NCBI GenBank assembly: GCA_963845245.1
Contig: CAWJRJ010000017.1
Coordinates: 227,291 to 291,290, forward strand
Direction of reading: 5' to 3'
Origin: Nitrospirota bacterium
Lineage (GTDB): Bacteria; Nitrospirota; JACRHJ01
Length of the DNA stretch: 64,000 bases
A program made the translations under genes and the position numbers. Within the stretch, counting starts at the first letter, position 1, and the number at the start of each line of letters is the position of its first letter. The notes beneath the pieces are model-generated. The model saw nothing but the letters and a program-made list of their open reading frames with translations, had not been told where the DNA came from and searched no databases. Shown here in pieces: positions 54,454 to 64,000 of this stretch.

Positions 54454-55806
54454 ATGAAAAAACACATCGCCGAACACGGCACCATGTTCGTAAGCATCCT
54501 GAAGTGGTCCGCAGTCGCTTCAATCGTAGGGCTGATCGTCGGGTTATCGACGACGCTATTCCTGAAGTCGCTCGACTATGCGATGGCGTTGAACGCAGGG
54601 TTCAAGTATTACTACATAGTCATCCCCGCCAGCCTGCTGGTCGGAAACCTCGTCTCGCTTATCATAGACAAAGAAGCCGCCGGTGAAGGCCTCGACAAGG
54701 TAATCAGCGCAATCCACGAGAAGAGCGGCAAGATGCGGTTGACCGTTGCACCCGCCAAGTTCATCGCGTCTATATTGACTGTTGCCGGCGGCGGCTCCGC
54801 AGGCAAGGAGGCCCCGCCCGTTCAGGTGGGCGCCGCAATAGCATCCGCGCTGTCCGGGCTCCTTAAACTTGACAGGGAAGACCGCAAAAAGATCGTTATC
54901 TGCTCCATATCCGCCGGGTTTGCATCTGTGTTCGGCGCCCCGATAGCGGGGGCCATCTTTGGCATAGAATCCCTCTTCCTCGGACAGCTCACCTACGACG
55001 TGCTCTTCCCCTCTTTTGTAGCAGGCATAGTCGCCTACCAGGTATCGCTTGTCCATGGCATAACCTATTTCTCGCATGATATTTCGGTTGTTCCCGTCTT
55101 CGGCGGGGGTATGTTTCTGAAAATCGTGTTAGCAGGCATGGTATTCGGGCTAGTCTCGCTCGTTTTTATAGAGATGATGAAGCTGTCTGACCGCACTTTC
55201 CATAAACTTAAAATCCCGTTTCCATTGAAGGGGGTTGTGGCAGGATTGCTGCTGGTCCTTCTGACTTTTGCCCTTGGGGATACACGGTATCTGGGGCTCG
55301 GCTTACCCACTATCGAGTCTGCGGTGCAGGGCGTAGCGCTGCCTGCCGGGGCATTTTTCATGAAGATACTCTTTACCGCAATAACGCTTGGCTCGGGCGC
55401 GTCGGGTGGAATAATCACACCCATATTCTTCGTCGGGTCGACCGCAGGCAGCCTGTTCGGCGGTCTTTTCGGGTTTGACCCTGCCACCTTTGCCGCCATA
55501 GGTATGGTTGCCGTGCTTGCCGGTACTGCGAATACGCCTATTGCCGCCAGCATACTTGCCATGGAGCTTTTCGGCGTAAAGGTCGGGCCATGGGCTGCCA
55601 CCGCATCCATAGTGAGTTATCTCATGGTGGGGAACAGGAGTATTCATGCCAGCCAGGTAGTTGCGGCCCTGAAGTCGTCATCGGTCATAGTGCCCCTAAG
55701 GGGCCGTGTCGGAGATTCTGAGGCAAGGGTCAGCCCGCGTAATAAAGGGGTCATCGGGCTTGTCAGTCGCATATACGCCAAAAACTCCAAGAAACCGTTA
55801 AAATGA
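54454..55806 (+). CDS. CLC/EriC-family anion transporter without CBS domains
   Basis: GGGSAGKEAP, GGIITP, ANTPIA; many TM helices. Confidence 0.9.
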   Translation: MKKHIAEHGTMFVSILKWSAVASIVGLIVGLSTTLFLKSLDYAMALNAGFKYYYIVIPASLLVGNLVSLIIDKEAAGEGLDKVISAIHEKSGKMRLTVAPAKFIASILTVAGGGSAGKEAPPVQVGAAIASALSGLLKLDREDRKKIVICSISAGFASVFGAPIAGAIFGIESLFLGQLTYDVLFPSFVAGIVAYQVSLVHGITYFSHDISVVPVFGGGMFLKIVLAGMVFGLVSLVFIEMMKLSDRTFHKLKIPFPLKGVVAGLLLVLLTFALGDTRYLGLGLPTIESAVQGVALPAGAFFMKILFTAITLGSGASGGIITPIFFVGSTAGSLFGGLFGFDPATFAAIGMVAVLAGTANTPIAASILAMELFGVKVGPWAATASIVSYLMVGNRSIHASQVVAALKSSSVIVPLRGRVGDSEARVSPRNKGVIGLVSRIYAKNSKKPLK

Positions 55807-55941
55807 TTAAGTTTTTATCCTGGCCCTGAAGTCCCGGCCCAGGTAAAATAACTTGACTCTTGCCTCGATTTCCTGCAAACTAACATGCTGTATTTAATAG
55901 AAGAATCATAGTCTGTAGCCCCGCCTTCAAGGAGAGAGAAA

Positions 55942-56656
55942 TTGGCCAAACTTGGCGTGAACATAGACCATGTCGCCACCGTGCGTCAGGCGCGCATGGG
56001 TGTGGAGCCGGACCCTGTCCATGCCGCGGTGCTTGCGGAGCTTGGCGGGGCCGACGGGATAACGATACACCTGCGCGAGGACAGGCGTCATATACAGGAC
56101 AGGGACGTAAGGCTCCTGCGTGAGATGGTCAAGACCCCGCTGAACCTGGAGATGGCCGCATCCGACGAGATAATAATGATTGCGCTGGACATTCGCCCCG
56201 AGATGGCGACCCTCGTGCCCGAGAAACGCGAGGAGCTTACCACCGAGGGCGGCCTGAACGTGAAGCTGAACCACGACAAGGTGCGTGACGCCGTCCGCAG
56301 GCTCCGGGATGGCGGGATATTCGTCAGCCTGTTCATCGACCCGGACCTGGACCAGGTGAAGGAGGCCAAGAAGGTCGGGGCCGACGCCGTCGAGATACAT
56401 ACCGGCACCTATGCCGACGCCAGGACATATGAGGCGAGCCAGAAGGAGTTCGAGAAGATCTACGAGGCCTGCAAGCTGTCGCATAAGCTTGGCATGGCTG
56501 TAAACGCCGGGCACGGCCTGAACTACCACAACGTCCGGCAGATAGCGCAGGATAAAAGAGATATACGAGCTGAACATCGGCCACAGCATAATCTCAAAGG
56601 CCGTCCTCGTGGGCATGGAAAGGGCGGTCAGGGAGATGAAGGCCCTGGTTGGTTGA
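55942..56656 (+). CDS. pdxJ: Pyridoxine 5'-phosphate synthase; frameshift near 56552
   Basis: [31 protein letters not shown] in the shifted frame ending at TGA 56654-56656. Confidence 0.95.
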
Positions 56657-57039
56657 TGGTAATGGGCATTGGCATAGACCTGGTCAAGGTGGACAGGATA
56701 GAGAAGGCCATCGCAAGATGGGCCGGGGCATTTACCGCCCGCGTCTTTACCGAGCGTGAGATATTGTACTGCCAGAAGCAGAAACGGCCCGCAGAGGCAT
56801 TTGCGGCAAGGTTTTCCGCCAAGGAGGCCGTGACAAAGGCCTTCGGCACCGGCCTTTCCGGAGGCGTTAGCTGGAAGGACGTGGAGATAGTGCGCAGCGA
56901 CAGCGGCAAGCCTGACGTTGTGCTTGGCGGCAGGCTGAAAGAGCTGGCCTCCGAGATGGGCGTCTCAAGGGTCTTGATAAGTTTCAGCCACGACAGCGGC
57001 TTTGCCGTTGCCCAGGCTGTTTTAACAGGTGATAAATGA
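56656..57039 (+). CDS. acpS: Holo-ACP synthase
   Basis: [21 protein letters not shown]. Confidence 0.95.
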   Translation: MVMGIGIDLVKVDRIEKAIARWAGAFTARVFTEREILYCQKQKRPAEAFAARFSAKEAVTKAFGTGLSGGVSWKDVEIVRSDSGKPDVVLGGRLKELASEMGVSRVLISFSHDSGFAVAQAVLTGDK

Positions 57040-58592
57040 AACTCGCCACCGCCGCTGAGATGCGGGAACTCGACAGGCAGGCCATCAAAGACTACGGGAT
57101 ACCCGGGATGGTCCTGATGGAGAACGCCGGGCGTGGCGTGGTATCGAGCTTGAGAGAGAAGTGGGGCCCGGTCCAAGGCAGGCGCTACCTTATACTCTGC
57201 GGCAAAGGTAACAACGGCGGAGACGGGCTTGTAATCGCAAGGCACCTGCACAACATGGGCGCAAATGTTTCGGTGAGGCTGTTCTCAGAGGAGATGAAGG
57301 GCGACGCCGGAGCAAACCTCAAAGCCGTCCAGAAGATGGGCATTGATATCAAGCCGGTCTCAAAGAACCTGAAAGTTGAAACGTCCGAGGCGAAACACGC
57401 GGACGCAGTGATAGATGCGATATTCGGGACAGGGCTTGCGGACGAGGTGCTAAAGCCGTACAGGGCCGTAATAGATATGGTGAACGCCTCCGCAAGGAGG
57501 GTGGTCGCCGTCGATATACCTTCGGGGGTGAATTCCGACAACGGCAGGATAATGGGCGCATCCATCCGTGCAGACCTCACCGTAACGTTCGGGCTTCCTA
57601 AAAGAGGGCATTACCTGTACCCAGGCGCACAGATGGCGGGCGAGATAAGGGTCGTGGACATCAGCATACCAGCTGAGGCGGTTGACAGGTCCCCAATCCA
57701 GGCAAACCTGATAACGGAATCATCTTTGAGTGGAATAATCCCGCCGCGAAAAACTGATTCAAACAAGGGAACGTTCGGCCATCTTTTCATCCTTGCAGGC
57801 TCGGTGGGAAAAACGGGCGCGGCCGTCATGGCTGCTCAAGCCGCATCGCGGTCCGGGGTCGGGCTTGTAACTGTCGGCGTGCCGGAGAGCCTGAACAATA
57901 TCTTTGAAGAAAAGCTTACCGAGGAGATGACCATCCCGCTTCCGGAGTCAGCGAACAGGACGCTTTCCGTAAAGGCGCTGGATAAGATACTTGAAAACTT
58001 GAACGGGAAGACTGCCCTGGCAATAGGTCCGGGCATTTCAACCGATCCCGATACAATAAAATTGATTTCAGAGCTGTTGCCCAGGGTGAAGATACCCACG
58101 CTTATCGATGCGGACGGGCTAAACATCCTCTCGCTGGATGACGAGCCCTTGAGGAATATGAAGGCACCAGTAATGCTAACCCCTCACCCCGGTGAGATGG
58201 GACGGCTCCTTGGGGTACTTGCAAGGGAGGTCCAGGCTGACAGGCCGGCAGCCGCCATTGAACTGGCCGGTGAGTATAAGGCGATTGTTGTACTTAAAGG
58301 GGCGCGGACGCTTGTTGCCTCCCCGACGGGCGAGTTTTATATTAATACTACAGGAAACCCGGGCATGGCCACCGGCGGCACCGGTGACGTCCTGACAGGT
58401 GTTATAGGTTCATTTATGGCACAGGGAATCGAGATGATGGACGCTGCAAAAGCTGGCGTATATATACACGGACTCGCGGGGGACCTCGCAGCCCTTGAGA
58501 AGAGCCAGGCAGGGATGGTGGCTGGTGATATCACGGATTTTCTGCCTGCGAGTTTTATGGCGCTGAATGCATCGATGGAGGTTTTACTGTGA
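57036..58592 (+). CDS. nnr: Bifunctional NAD(P)HX epimerase/dehydratase
   Basis: [32 protein letters not shown]. Confidence 0.95.
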   Translation: MKLATAAEMRELDRQAIKDYGIPGMVLMENAGRGVVSSLREKWGPVQGRRYLILCGKGNNGGDGLVIARHLHNMGANVSVRLFSEEMKGDAGANLKAVQKMGIDIKPVSKNLKVETSEAKHADAVIDAIFGTGLADEVLKPYRAVIDMVNASARRVVAVDIPSGVNSDNGRIMGASIRADLTVTFGLPKRGHYLYPGAQMAGEIRVVDISIPAEAVDRSPIQANLITESSLSGIIPPRKTDSNKGTFGHLFILAGSVGKTGAAVMAAQAASRSGVGLVTVGVPESLNNIFEEKLTEEMTIPLPESANRTLSVKALDKILENLNGKTALAIGPGISTDPDTIKLISELLPRVKIPTLIDADGLNILSLDDEPLRNMKAPVMLTPHPGEMGRLLGVLAREVQADRPAAAIELAGEYKAIVVLKGARTLVASPTGEFYINTTGNPGMATGGTGDVLTGVIGSFMAQGIEMMDAAKAGVYIHGLAGDLAALEKSQAGMVAGDITDFLPASFMALNASMEVLL

Positions 58593-59434
58593 GCCGTTTA
58601 GTTCCTGTTATTATGTTGGTCATCCTGCTTGCTGGTTGTACTGCCAGGGTAGAAAAGGCGGACAAGGCGGCCCAACAGGGCGATTACGTTAAGGCTGTAG
58701 AGTTGTACCGCGAAGCCTTGGAAAAGGACAAGATGAAAGCGCCCGAGATGGCAGAAACCAGATACAGCCTTGGCAAGGTACTGGACAAGATGTCAAGGCA
58801 GGACGAAGCCGTGGAGGAATACAGGCTCGCTGTCGAGCTTAAGCCCGATAACATTAAGTACTATCTGGCAATGGCCGATGACCTTGATGCCATGGGGCTA
58901 ATCGAGCAGGAGGTTATAATCCTAAGGAACGCCGCTATCCTTGACAGCGCTAACCCGCACGTAAAGTCTATGCTGGGCACGGCTTATGCCAAACTGGGAC
59001 AATATACGAACGCAAGGACGGAGTTCGAGTCTGCATTGAAGCTGAATAGCCGCGACCCTCAAAGCCAATTCAACATGGGACTTCTCTATGACAAGGAAGG
59101 CAACAGGACAAAGGCCATAGAGAGTCTGGAAACCGCTTTGAAGCTCAACCCTGATTTTGAGCCCGCACTGTTAACCTTGGGTGCCATGTACACCCGGGCT
59201 GGAAAGTATCAGGAATCGGTAAAGATATATAAAAGGCTCGCATCGATAAAACCTGACAACATCAAATACCGCAACAGTCTGGGTATTGCTTATTACAACA
59301 ATGCCCAATATAGCGATGCATTGAAAGAGTTCAAGGGGGTTTTCGGGCAAGACCCGAAATTCCCCGGCATACAGGATTACCTGAAGCTTGCAGAAGTAGG
59401 GACAAAGCAATCAAGCGGAAATGCGAAAAAATAG
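58589..59434 (+). CDS. TPR lipoprotein
   Basis: Lipobox LLAGC; tandem TPR repeats. Confidence 0.85.
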   Translation: MSRLVPVIMLVILLAGCTARVEKADKAAQQGDYVKAVELYREALEKDKMKAPEMAETRYSLGKVLDKMSRQDEAVEEYRLAVELKPDNIKYYLAMADDLDAMGLIEQEVIILRNAAILDSANPHVKSMLGTAYAKLGQYTNARTEFESALKLNSRDPQSQFNMGLLYDKEGNRTKAIESLETALKLNPDFEPALLTLGAMYTRAGKYQESVKIYKRLASIKPDNIKYRNSLGIAYYNNAQYSDALKEFKGVFGQDPKFPGIQDYLKLAEVGTKQSSGNAKK

Positions 59435-59460
59435 TTTATGATGGCACGCCATTATAATGC

Positions 59461-59500
59461 AAAATAAATGGGGGCGGCTTGCCGTCCCCCGTTTATTTTT
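59461..59500. terminator. Rho-independent terminator
   Basis: aaaataaatggggg-cggcttgccgt-cccccgtttatttt. Confidence 0.75.
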
Positions 59501-59515
59501 TGTTATAATGTATAA

Positions 59516-60622
59516 ATGCCGATAAAAACAGACATTAGCCCTTCAGCCGCGCTTCTATCTGAATACCTTGTCAATAACCATGGGGCCGACGCCGGAAGCA
59601 TAAAGGTCAAAAAAATCGGCAAAGGCAGCCACGGACAAGGTTTTTCCTTTTCATTCACCAAAGACGGCGAAGCAAAAAGGCTTATAATAAAGAACCTGGG
59701 TAGTGGGACTGGCCTTGGGCACGACTACCCATCGGACAGGGCAGCTGTTTTTCTGCAGGCATTTGAAACATACGGACGTCTGCCGCTCCACGTCAAGGCA
59801 GTGGACGTCCTGTCTGTCAAAAAGGGAGGAGAGGTCATTCCCTTTGGCGGGGGCAATGAATATTATCTTGTGATGGAGGAGGCATCCGGTACCAATTATT
59901 TCAGCGACCTCCGTGAGATGGCGGATAAAGCTTCACTTAGTAGAACTGACAAAGGCCGAATAAAAGCGCTGGCGGCCTACCTTGCCCGTATCCATGCTAA
60001 AAAGAAAAATTCAGTTCAGATTTATCGCAGGAAAGTCAGAGACACGATCGGGCATGGTGAATGCCTGATGGGCGTATTGGACACGTATCAAAACGGGGCG
60101 GGTTTTACTACACCCGAGGAGATGGCCTCGATAGAGAAGGCCTGCATAGACTGGAGGACGAGGCTCAAACCTCTTCACGCAAGACTTTCGATCACGCACG
60201 GAGATTTTCACCCGGGCAACATCCTGTTCCTCGGAGACGGCTCTTTCCAGCTTCTTGACAGAAGCCGGGGGGAGTATGGCGAGCCTGCGGACGACGTGAC
60301 CGCGCTTACCATAAACTACATCTTTTTTTCGCTCCTGAACTATGGGAAGTTGGCAGGGGCATATGACGAGGCCATCAGGCTGTTCTTCGACGAGTATGCG
60401 GCCAAAACAGGGGACTGTGGCTTGCCCGGAGTGGTAGCGCTTTATTACGCATTCAGGGGCGTCGTGGTAGCAAACCCACTTTTTTACCCGGATGTGGCGG
60501 ACGACGTCAGGGGGAAGATATTCGCATTTATCCACGGTGTACTCATGCGGGATGAGTTTGATCCATCAAACATAAACAGATACATTGCCGCAGGCTTGAA
60601 ATACAGGGAAAGGTTTCATTAA
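59516..60622 (+). CDS. APH/choline-kinase-fold phosphotransferase
   Basis: HGDFHPGNILF, LLDRSRG, EPADD. Confidence 0.85.
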   Translation: MPIKTDISPSAALLSEYLVNNHGADAGSIKVKKIGKGSHGQGFSFSFTKDGEAKRLIIKNLGSGTGLGHDYPSDRAAVFLQAFETYGRLPLHVKAVDVLSVKKGGEVIPFGGGNEYYLVMEEASGTNYFSDLREMADKASLSRTDKGRIKALAAYLARIHAKKKNSVQIYRRKVRDTIGHGECLMGVLDTYQNGAGFTTPEEMASIEKACIDWRTRLKPLHARLSITHGDFHPGNILFLGDGSFQLLDRSRGEYGEPADDVTALTINYIFFSLLNYGKLAGAYDEAIRLFFDEYAAKTGDCGLPGVVALYYAFRGVVVANPLFYPDVADDVRGKIFAFIHGVLMRDEFDPSNINRYIAAGLKYRERFH

Positions 60623-60770
60623 TGGAGAACTTCAGTTGGTTGAGCGCGTTCAAGGAGATGGGCCTGAAAGTGCGCGAGGTGATGGATGAGCTTTCCAGAG
60701 GCACCGGCGGTGGGCAGACTCTTGGCCGCGGCGCAGGGGGTGATACTACACTTGTCCTTGATAAAAAAGC
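60622..60770 (+). pseudogene. 5' fragment of an inositol monophosphatase/FBPase-family gene, cut at the junction
   Basis: Manual translation MENFSWLSAFKEMG...LGRGAGGDTTLVLDKKA matches the GAGGDxTxxxD N-terminal motif. Confidence 0.6.
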
Positions 60771-62852
60771 TCGCCGGGCAACCTGACCGCGCTGCGCGAG
60801 CTGGCGCTGCGCCGGACCGCCGGGGCGGGTGACGAGCAGTTGTTGACCCACATGCAGGGCAACGCCATCGCCGGCCCCTGGGCGGCGGGTGAACGCGCCT
60901 GGTCTGCGTCAGCGAGGGGACCCACGGGCGGCAGGGCTCGTGCGCTACACCGAGCCGGGGCGCTGGCGGACCGGCTGCACGCACCTCCTGGACCGCCATC
61001 AGGCATCGAGACGCGGCGCGCCCTGCCAATTGACCGACGAGCAGCGCGACCGGTTGGCCGATACGCTGCGGCTCGCCGAAGCGCTGGGCGGCGAGACGCT
61101 CGCCGTTCCCGCCGTCGAGCGCCGTATCGCCGATGATGGATCCGTTTCGCGCAGGCCAACAACGTCACCCAGATCGTGATCGGGAAGTCGACGCTCCTGG
61201 TGGTTCGAGCTCATGCGCGGCTCGGTGGTGCACGACCTGGTGCGCCGCGCCGGCAATATCAGCGTGCAGTCCGATTCCGGCGACGACAGCGCCGAGAAGT
61301 CCACGGCCAAGACCGCGGTGCAGACGGCGGCGCGCTCCGAACCGTTCGATCCCGAGCCCTATTTGTTCGCGCTTCTGATCGTGGCCGTCGGCCTCGGCGC
61401 CGCCGAGTTGATCAAGCCGTATTTCGGCATCGAAAATGTCGATCTGGTGTTCCTGACGGCGGTAGTAAGCGTGGCGGTGCGGTACGGGTTGTGGCCGTCG
61501 CTGCTGGCAAGCGTCGCCGCCTCGCTGTGCTACAATTTCTTCTTCCTGCCGCCGGTCTATACCTTCACCATCACCGATCCGACCAATGTCGCGGCGTTCT
61601 TCTTCTTCATGCTGATCGCGATCCTGGTTTCCAATGTCGCGGCGCGCGTGCGCACCCAGGCGATCACGGCGATCGGCAGGGTGCGGACCACGGAGTCGCT
61701 CTACGCCTTCAGCCGCAAGCTTGCGGGCACCGCGACGCTGGACGACGTCTTGTGGGCGACGGCGTACCAGACGGCGCTGATGCTCAAGGTGCGGGTGGTG
61801 CTGCTGTTCCCGGAGCAGGGCGTGCTCACCGTCAAGGCGGGCTATCCCCCCGAGGACGAGCTCGACAAGGCCGATCTCGCCGCCGCCAACTGGGCGTGGA
61901 GCAACGACCGCCCCGCCGGCCGCGGCTCCGATACGCTGCCGGGGGCCAAGCGTCTGTTCCTGCCGATGCGCACCGGGCGCGGGCCAATCGGCGTGATCGG
62001 CATCGACAATGACAGGACCGGGCCGCTGCTGACCCCGGCCAGCGCCGGCTGCTCGATGCGCTGGTCGATCAGGGGGCGCTGGCGATCGAGCGGGTGCTGC
62101 TGGTCGAGGACATGGACCGCGTCAAGCGCACCGTGGAATCCGATCGCCTGCGCTCGGCGCTGTTGACCTCGATCTCGCACGACCTCAAGACGCCGCTGGC
62201 GTCGGTCTCGGCGCCGCCTCCACCATGCGCGATCTGGAAAGCGGAACTCAGCGATACGCAGAAGCGCGATCTGCTGGCGACCGTGATCGATAAATCCGAA
62301 CGGCTCAATCGCTTCATCGCCAATCTCCTCGACATGACCAAGCTGGAATCCGGCGCCATCGTGCCGAATACCGCGCCCCACGATATCGGCGAGATCGTCG
62401 GCAGCGCCCTGCGGCGCGCCAGCAAGATCCTGGTCCACCACAAGGTTTCGCTCGAGCTCGCCGCCGATTTGCCGATGCTGGAGCTCGACGCGGTGCTGTT
62501 CGAGCAGGTGCTTTTCAACCTGCTGGACAACGCGGCGAAATATGCGCCCGCCGACACCACGATATCGATCCGGAGCCATCGGGACAGGGATCAGGTCATC
62601 TTGCAGATCGTTGACGAAGGCGAGGGCATTCCACCGGCGGAACTGGACAGTGTCTTCGACGAGTTCTATCGCGCGCAAAAGGGCGACCATGTCCGCCCCG
62701 GCACCGGCCTCGGGCTTGCGATCTCCCGCGGCTTCGTCGAGGCGATGCACGGCAGGATCTTCGCGGCCAACCGCACCGACCGCAGCGGCGCGGTGCTGAC
62801 CATCCGCCTGCCGATCCCGGCGGCCTCCAATGCGCTGGATACCGCCGCATGA
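60771..62852 (+). CDS. kdpD: Sensor kinase KdpD, 5'-truncated and frameshifted; high-GC segment
   Basis: SPGNLTALRELALRRTA, YNFFFLPP, ALLTSISHDLKTPL, NLLDNA, GTGLGL. Confidence 0.9.
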
Positions 62853-63541
62853 CCGCCGCACCGATCAAGGTCCTGGTCATCGATGACGAGCCGTCGATCC
62901 GCAAATTGCTGCGGATGGGGCTGAGCACGCAGGGCTATGAGATCCTCGAAGCCTCCAACGGCAAGCTCGCGCTGGAATTGCTGGCGCAAAATCCGGCGCT
63001 GATCATTCTCGATCTCGGCCTGCCGGACATCCAGGGCCACGAATTGCTGCGCATGATCCGCGGCCGCAACGACAGCGTGCCGATCGTGGTGCTGTCGAGC
63101 CGCGGCGACGAGGCCGGCAAGGTCCAGGCGCTGGATCTCGGCGCCGACGATCTTTACCTGACCAAGCCGTTCGGGATGGATGAATTGCTCGCCCGCATGC
63201 GCGCGGCGCTGCGGCATCAATTGCAGGTTCACGGCGAGCGCCCGGTATTCCGGACCGGCGATCTGACCGTCGACCTGGTGCGGCGCATCGTCAAGGTCGG
63301 CGACCGCGAAGTCAAGCTGTCGCCCAAGGAATACGAATTGCTCCGCGTGCTGGTGCAGCACGCCGGCAAGGTGCTGACCCACCGGTTCCTGCTCAAGGAA
63401 TTATGGGACGAACTGACGGATGCGCAATATTTGCGGGTCTACGTGCGGCAGCTCCGACAGAAGATCGAGGCCGACCCGGAGCGGCCGCAATTCGTGCTGA
63501 CCGAAACCGGCATCGGCTACCGGCTGCGCGCGCCGGATTAG
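62849..63541 (+). CDS. kdpE: Response regulator KdpE
   Basis: LDLGLPD, HAGKVLTHRFLL, YLRVYVRQLRQKIE. Confidence 0.93.
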   Translation: MTAAPIKVLVIDDEPSIRKLLRMGLSTQGYEILEASNGKLALELLAQNPALIILDLGLPDIQGHELLRMIRGRNDSVPIVVLSSRGDEAGKVQALDLGADDLYLTKPFGMDELLARMRAALRHQLQVHGERPVFRTGDLTVDLVRRIVKVGDREVKLSPKEYELLRVLVQHAGKVLTHRFLLKELWDELTDAQYLRVYVRQLRQKIEADPERPQFVLTETGIGYRLRAPD

Positions 63542-63607
63542 CGCGTAAAATCTCTTGCCATCCGAGGCCGATCAATGCTCATAGCGATGCGTCCTTGCGG
63601 AGCGACC

Positions 63608-64000
63608 ATGAAAATCTCCGATCTGCTGTCGCCAACAGACGTCATGATCGACGTGCGGGCTTCCGGCAAGCGGCTGCTGCTGCAGGAATTCGCGGCCAGG
63701 GCCGCAACCGGCCTCGGCCTGCCCGCCGATCAGGTCGCGTCCTATCTGCTCAAGCGGGAAGAACTGGGATCGACGGGGATCGGCAAGGCCGTCGCAATTC
63801 CGCATGCCCGACTGCCGGAACTGCAACGGCCCTGCGGCCTGCTCGCGAAATTGAAGCCCGCGATCGAGTTCGACGCCATCGACGGCCAGAAGGTGGACAT
63901 CGTGTTCGTTCTCTTGTTGCCCGCTGCAGCCGAAAATGAAGCGCTTGGCGCGCTGGCACTGGTGGCTCGGACTTTGCGATCGCCGGAGACCCTTGCTCAG
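63608..64000 (+). CDS. ptsN: PTS EIIA-Ntr, partial, runs off the window
   Basis: Manual translation MKISDLLSP...REELGSTGIGKAVAIPHAR. Confidence 0.88.
   Translation, partial: MKISDLLSPTDVMIDVRASGKRLLLQEFAARAATGLGLPADQVASYLLKREELGSTGIGKAVAIPHARLPELQRPCGLLAKLKPAIEFDAIDGQKVDIVFVLLLPAAAENEALGALALVARTLRSPETLAQ

Noticed and set aside
55942..57039. Apparent PdxJ-AcpS fusion (365-aa ORF)
   Set aside because: The true PdxJ end (ELNIGHS...ALVG*) is in another frame after an indel at ~56552, and its TGA overlaps the acpS ATG; these are ordinary adjacent genes
59442..59458. TGGCACG possible sigma54 promoter
   Set aside because: The -12 position reads TATA instead of TTGC, and a terminator follows

Overview
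Positions 1 to ~60,770 are mostly housekeeping chromosome from one Gram-negative bacterium. The gene order alaC-hom-thrC-apgM-lysC, HprK, hyp genes and multiheme cytochromes suggest Nitrospirota or a delta-proteobacteria-like anaerobe (inference). Genes include dnaE, lipA, the thr/asp operon, a P-type ATPase, tolA-tolB-pal-cpoB, htpX-phoH-HD-ybeY-dgkA, ftsY, hypCDE, an MltD-like transglycosylase, queE, ppx, lptCAB-rpoN-hpf-ptsN-hprK-rapZ-EIIA-ptsH-ptsI, uvrB, two CLC transporters and pdxJ-acpS-nnr. Many core genes carry single-base frameshifts, which points to an error-prone long-read consensus rather than real pseudogenes. At ~60,770 the sequence switches mid-gene to much more GC-rich, rhizobial-like kdpD-kdpE-ptsN DNA, probably a chimeric join. 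The most interesting items are: (1) a 1225-aa exported subtilase fused to IPT/FN3 domains and a 7xCXXCH multiheme cytochrome; (2) a coupled operon of a cNMP-binding protein, an isoprenyl-synthase-fold (ComQ-like) protein and an RRE/PqqD-M50 peptidase; (3) an integrase-less ~0.9-kb cassette at the uvrB 3' end, bounded by inverted REP/dRS3-like palindromes and a diverged 66-bp duplication of the uvrB end; (4) an in-frame sensor kinase::UvrB junction. No rRNA, tRNA or CRISPR array was recognised.
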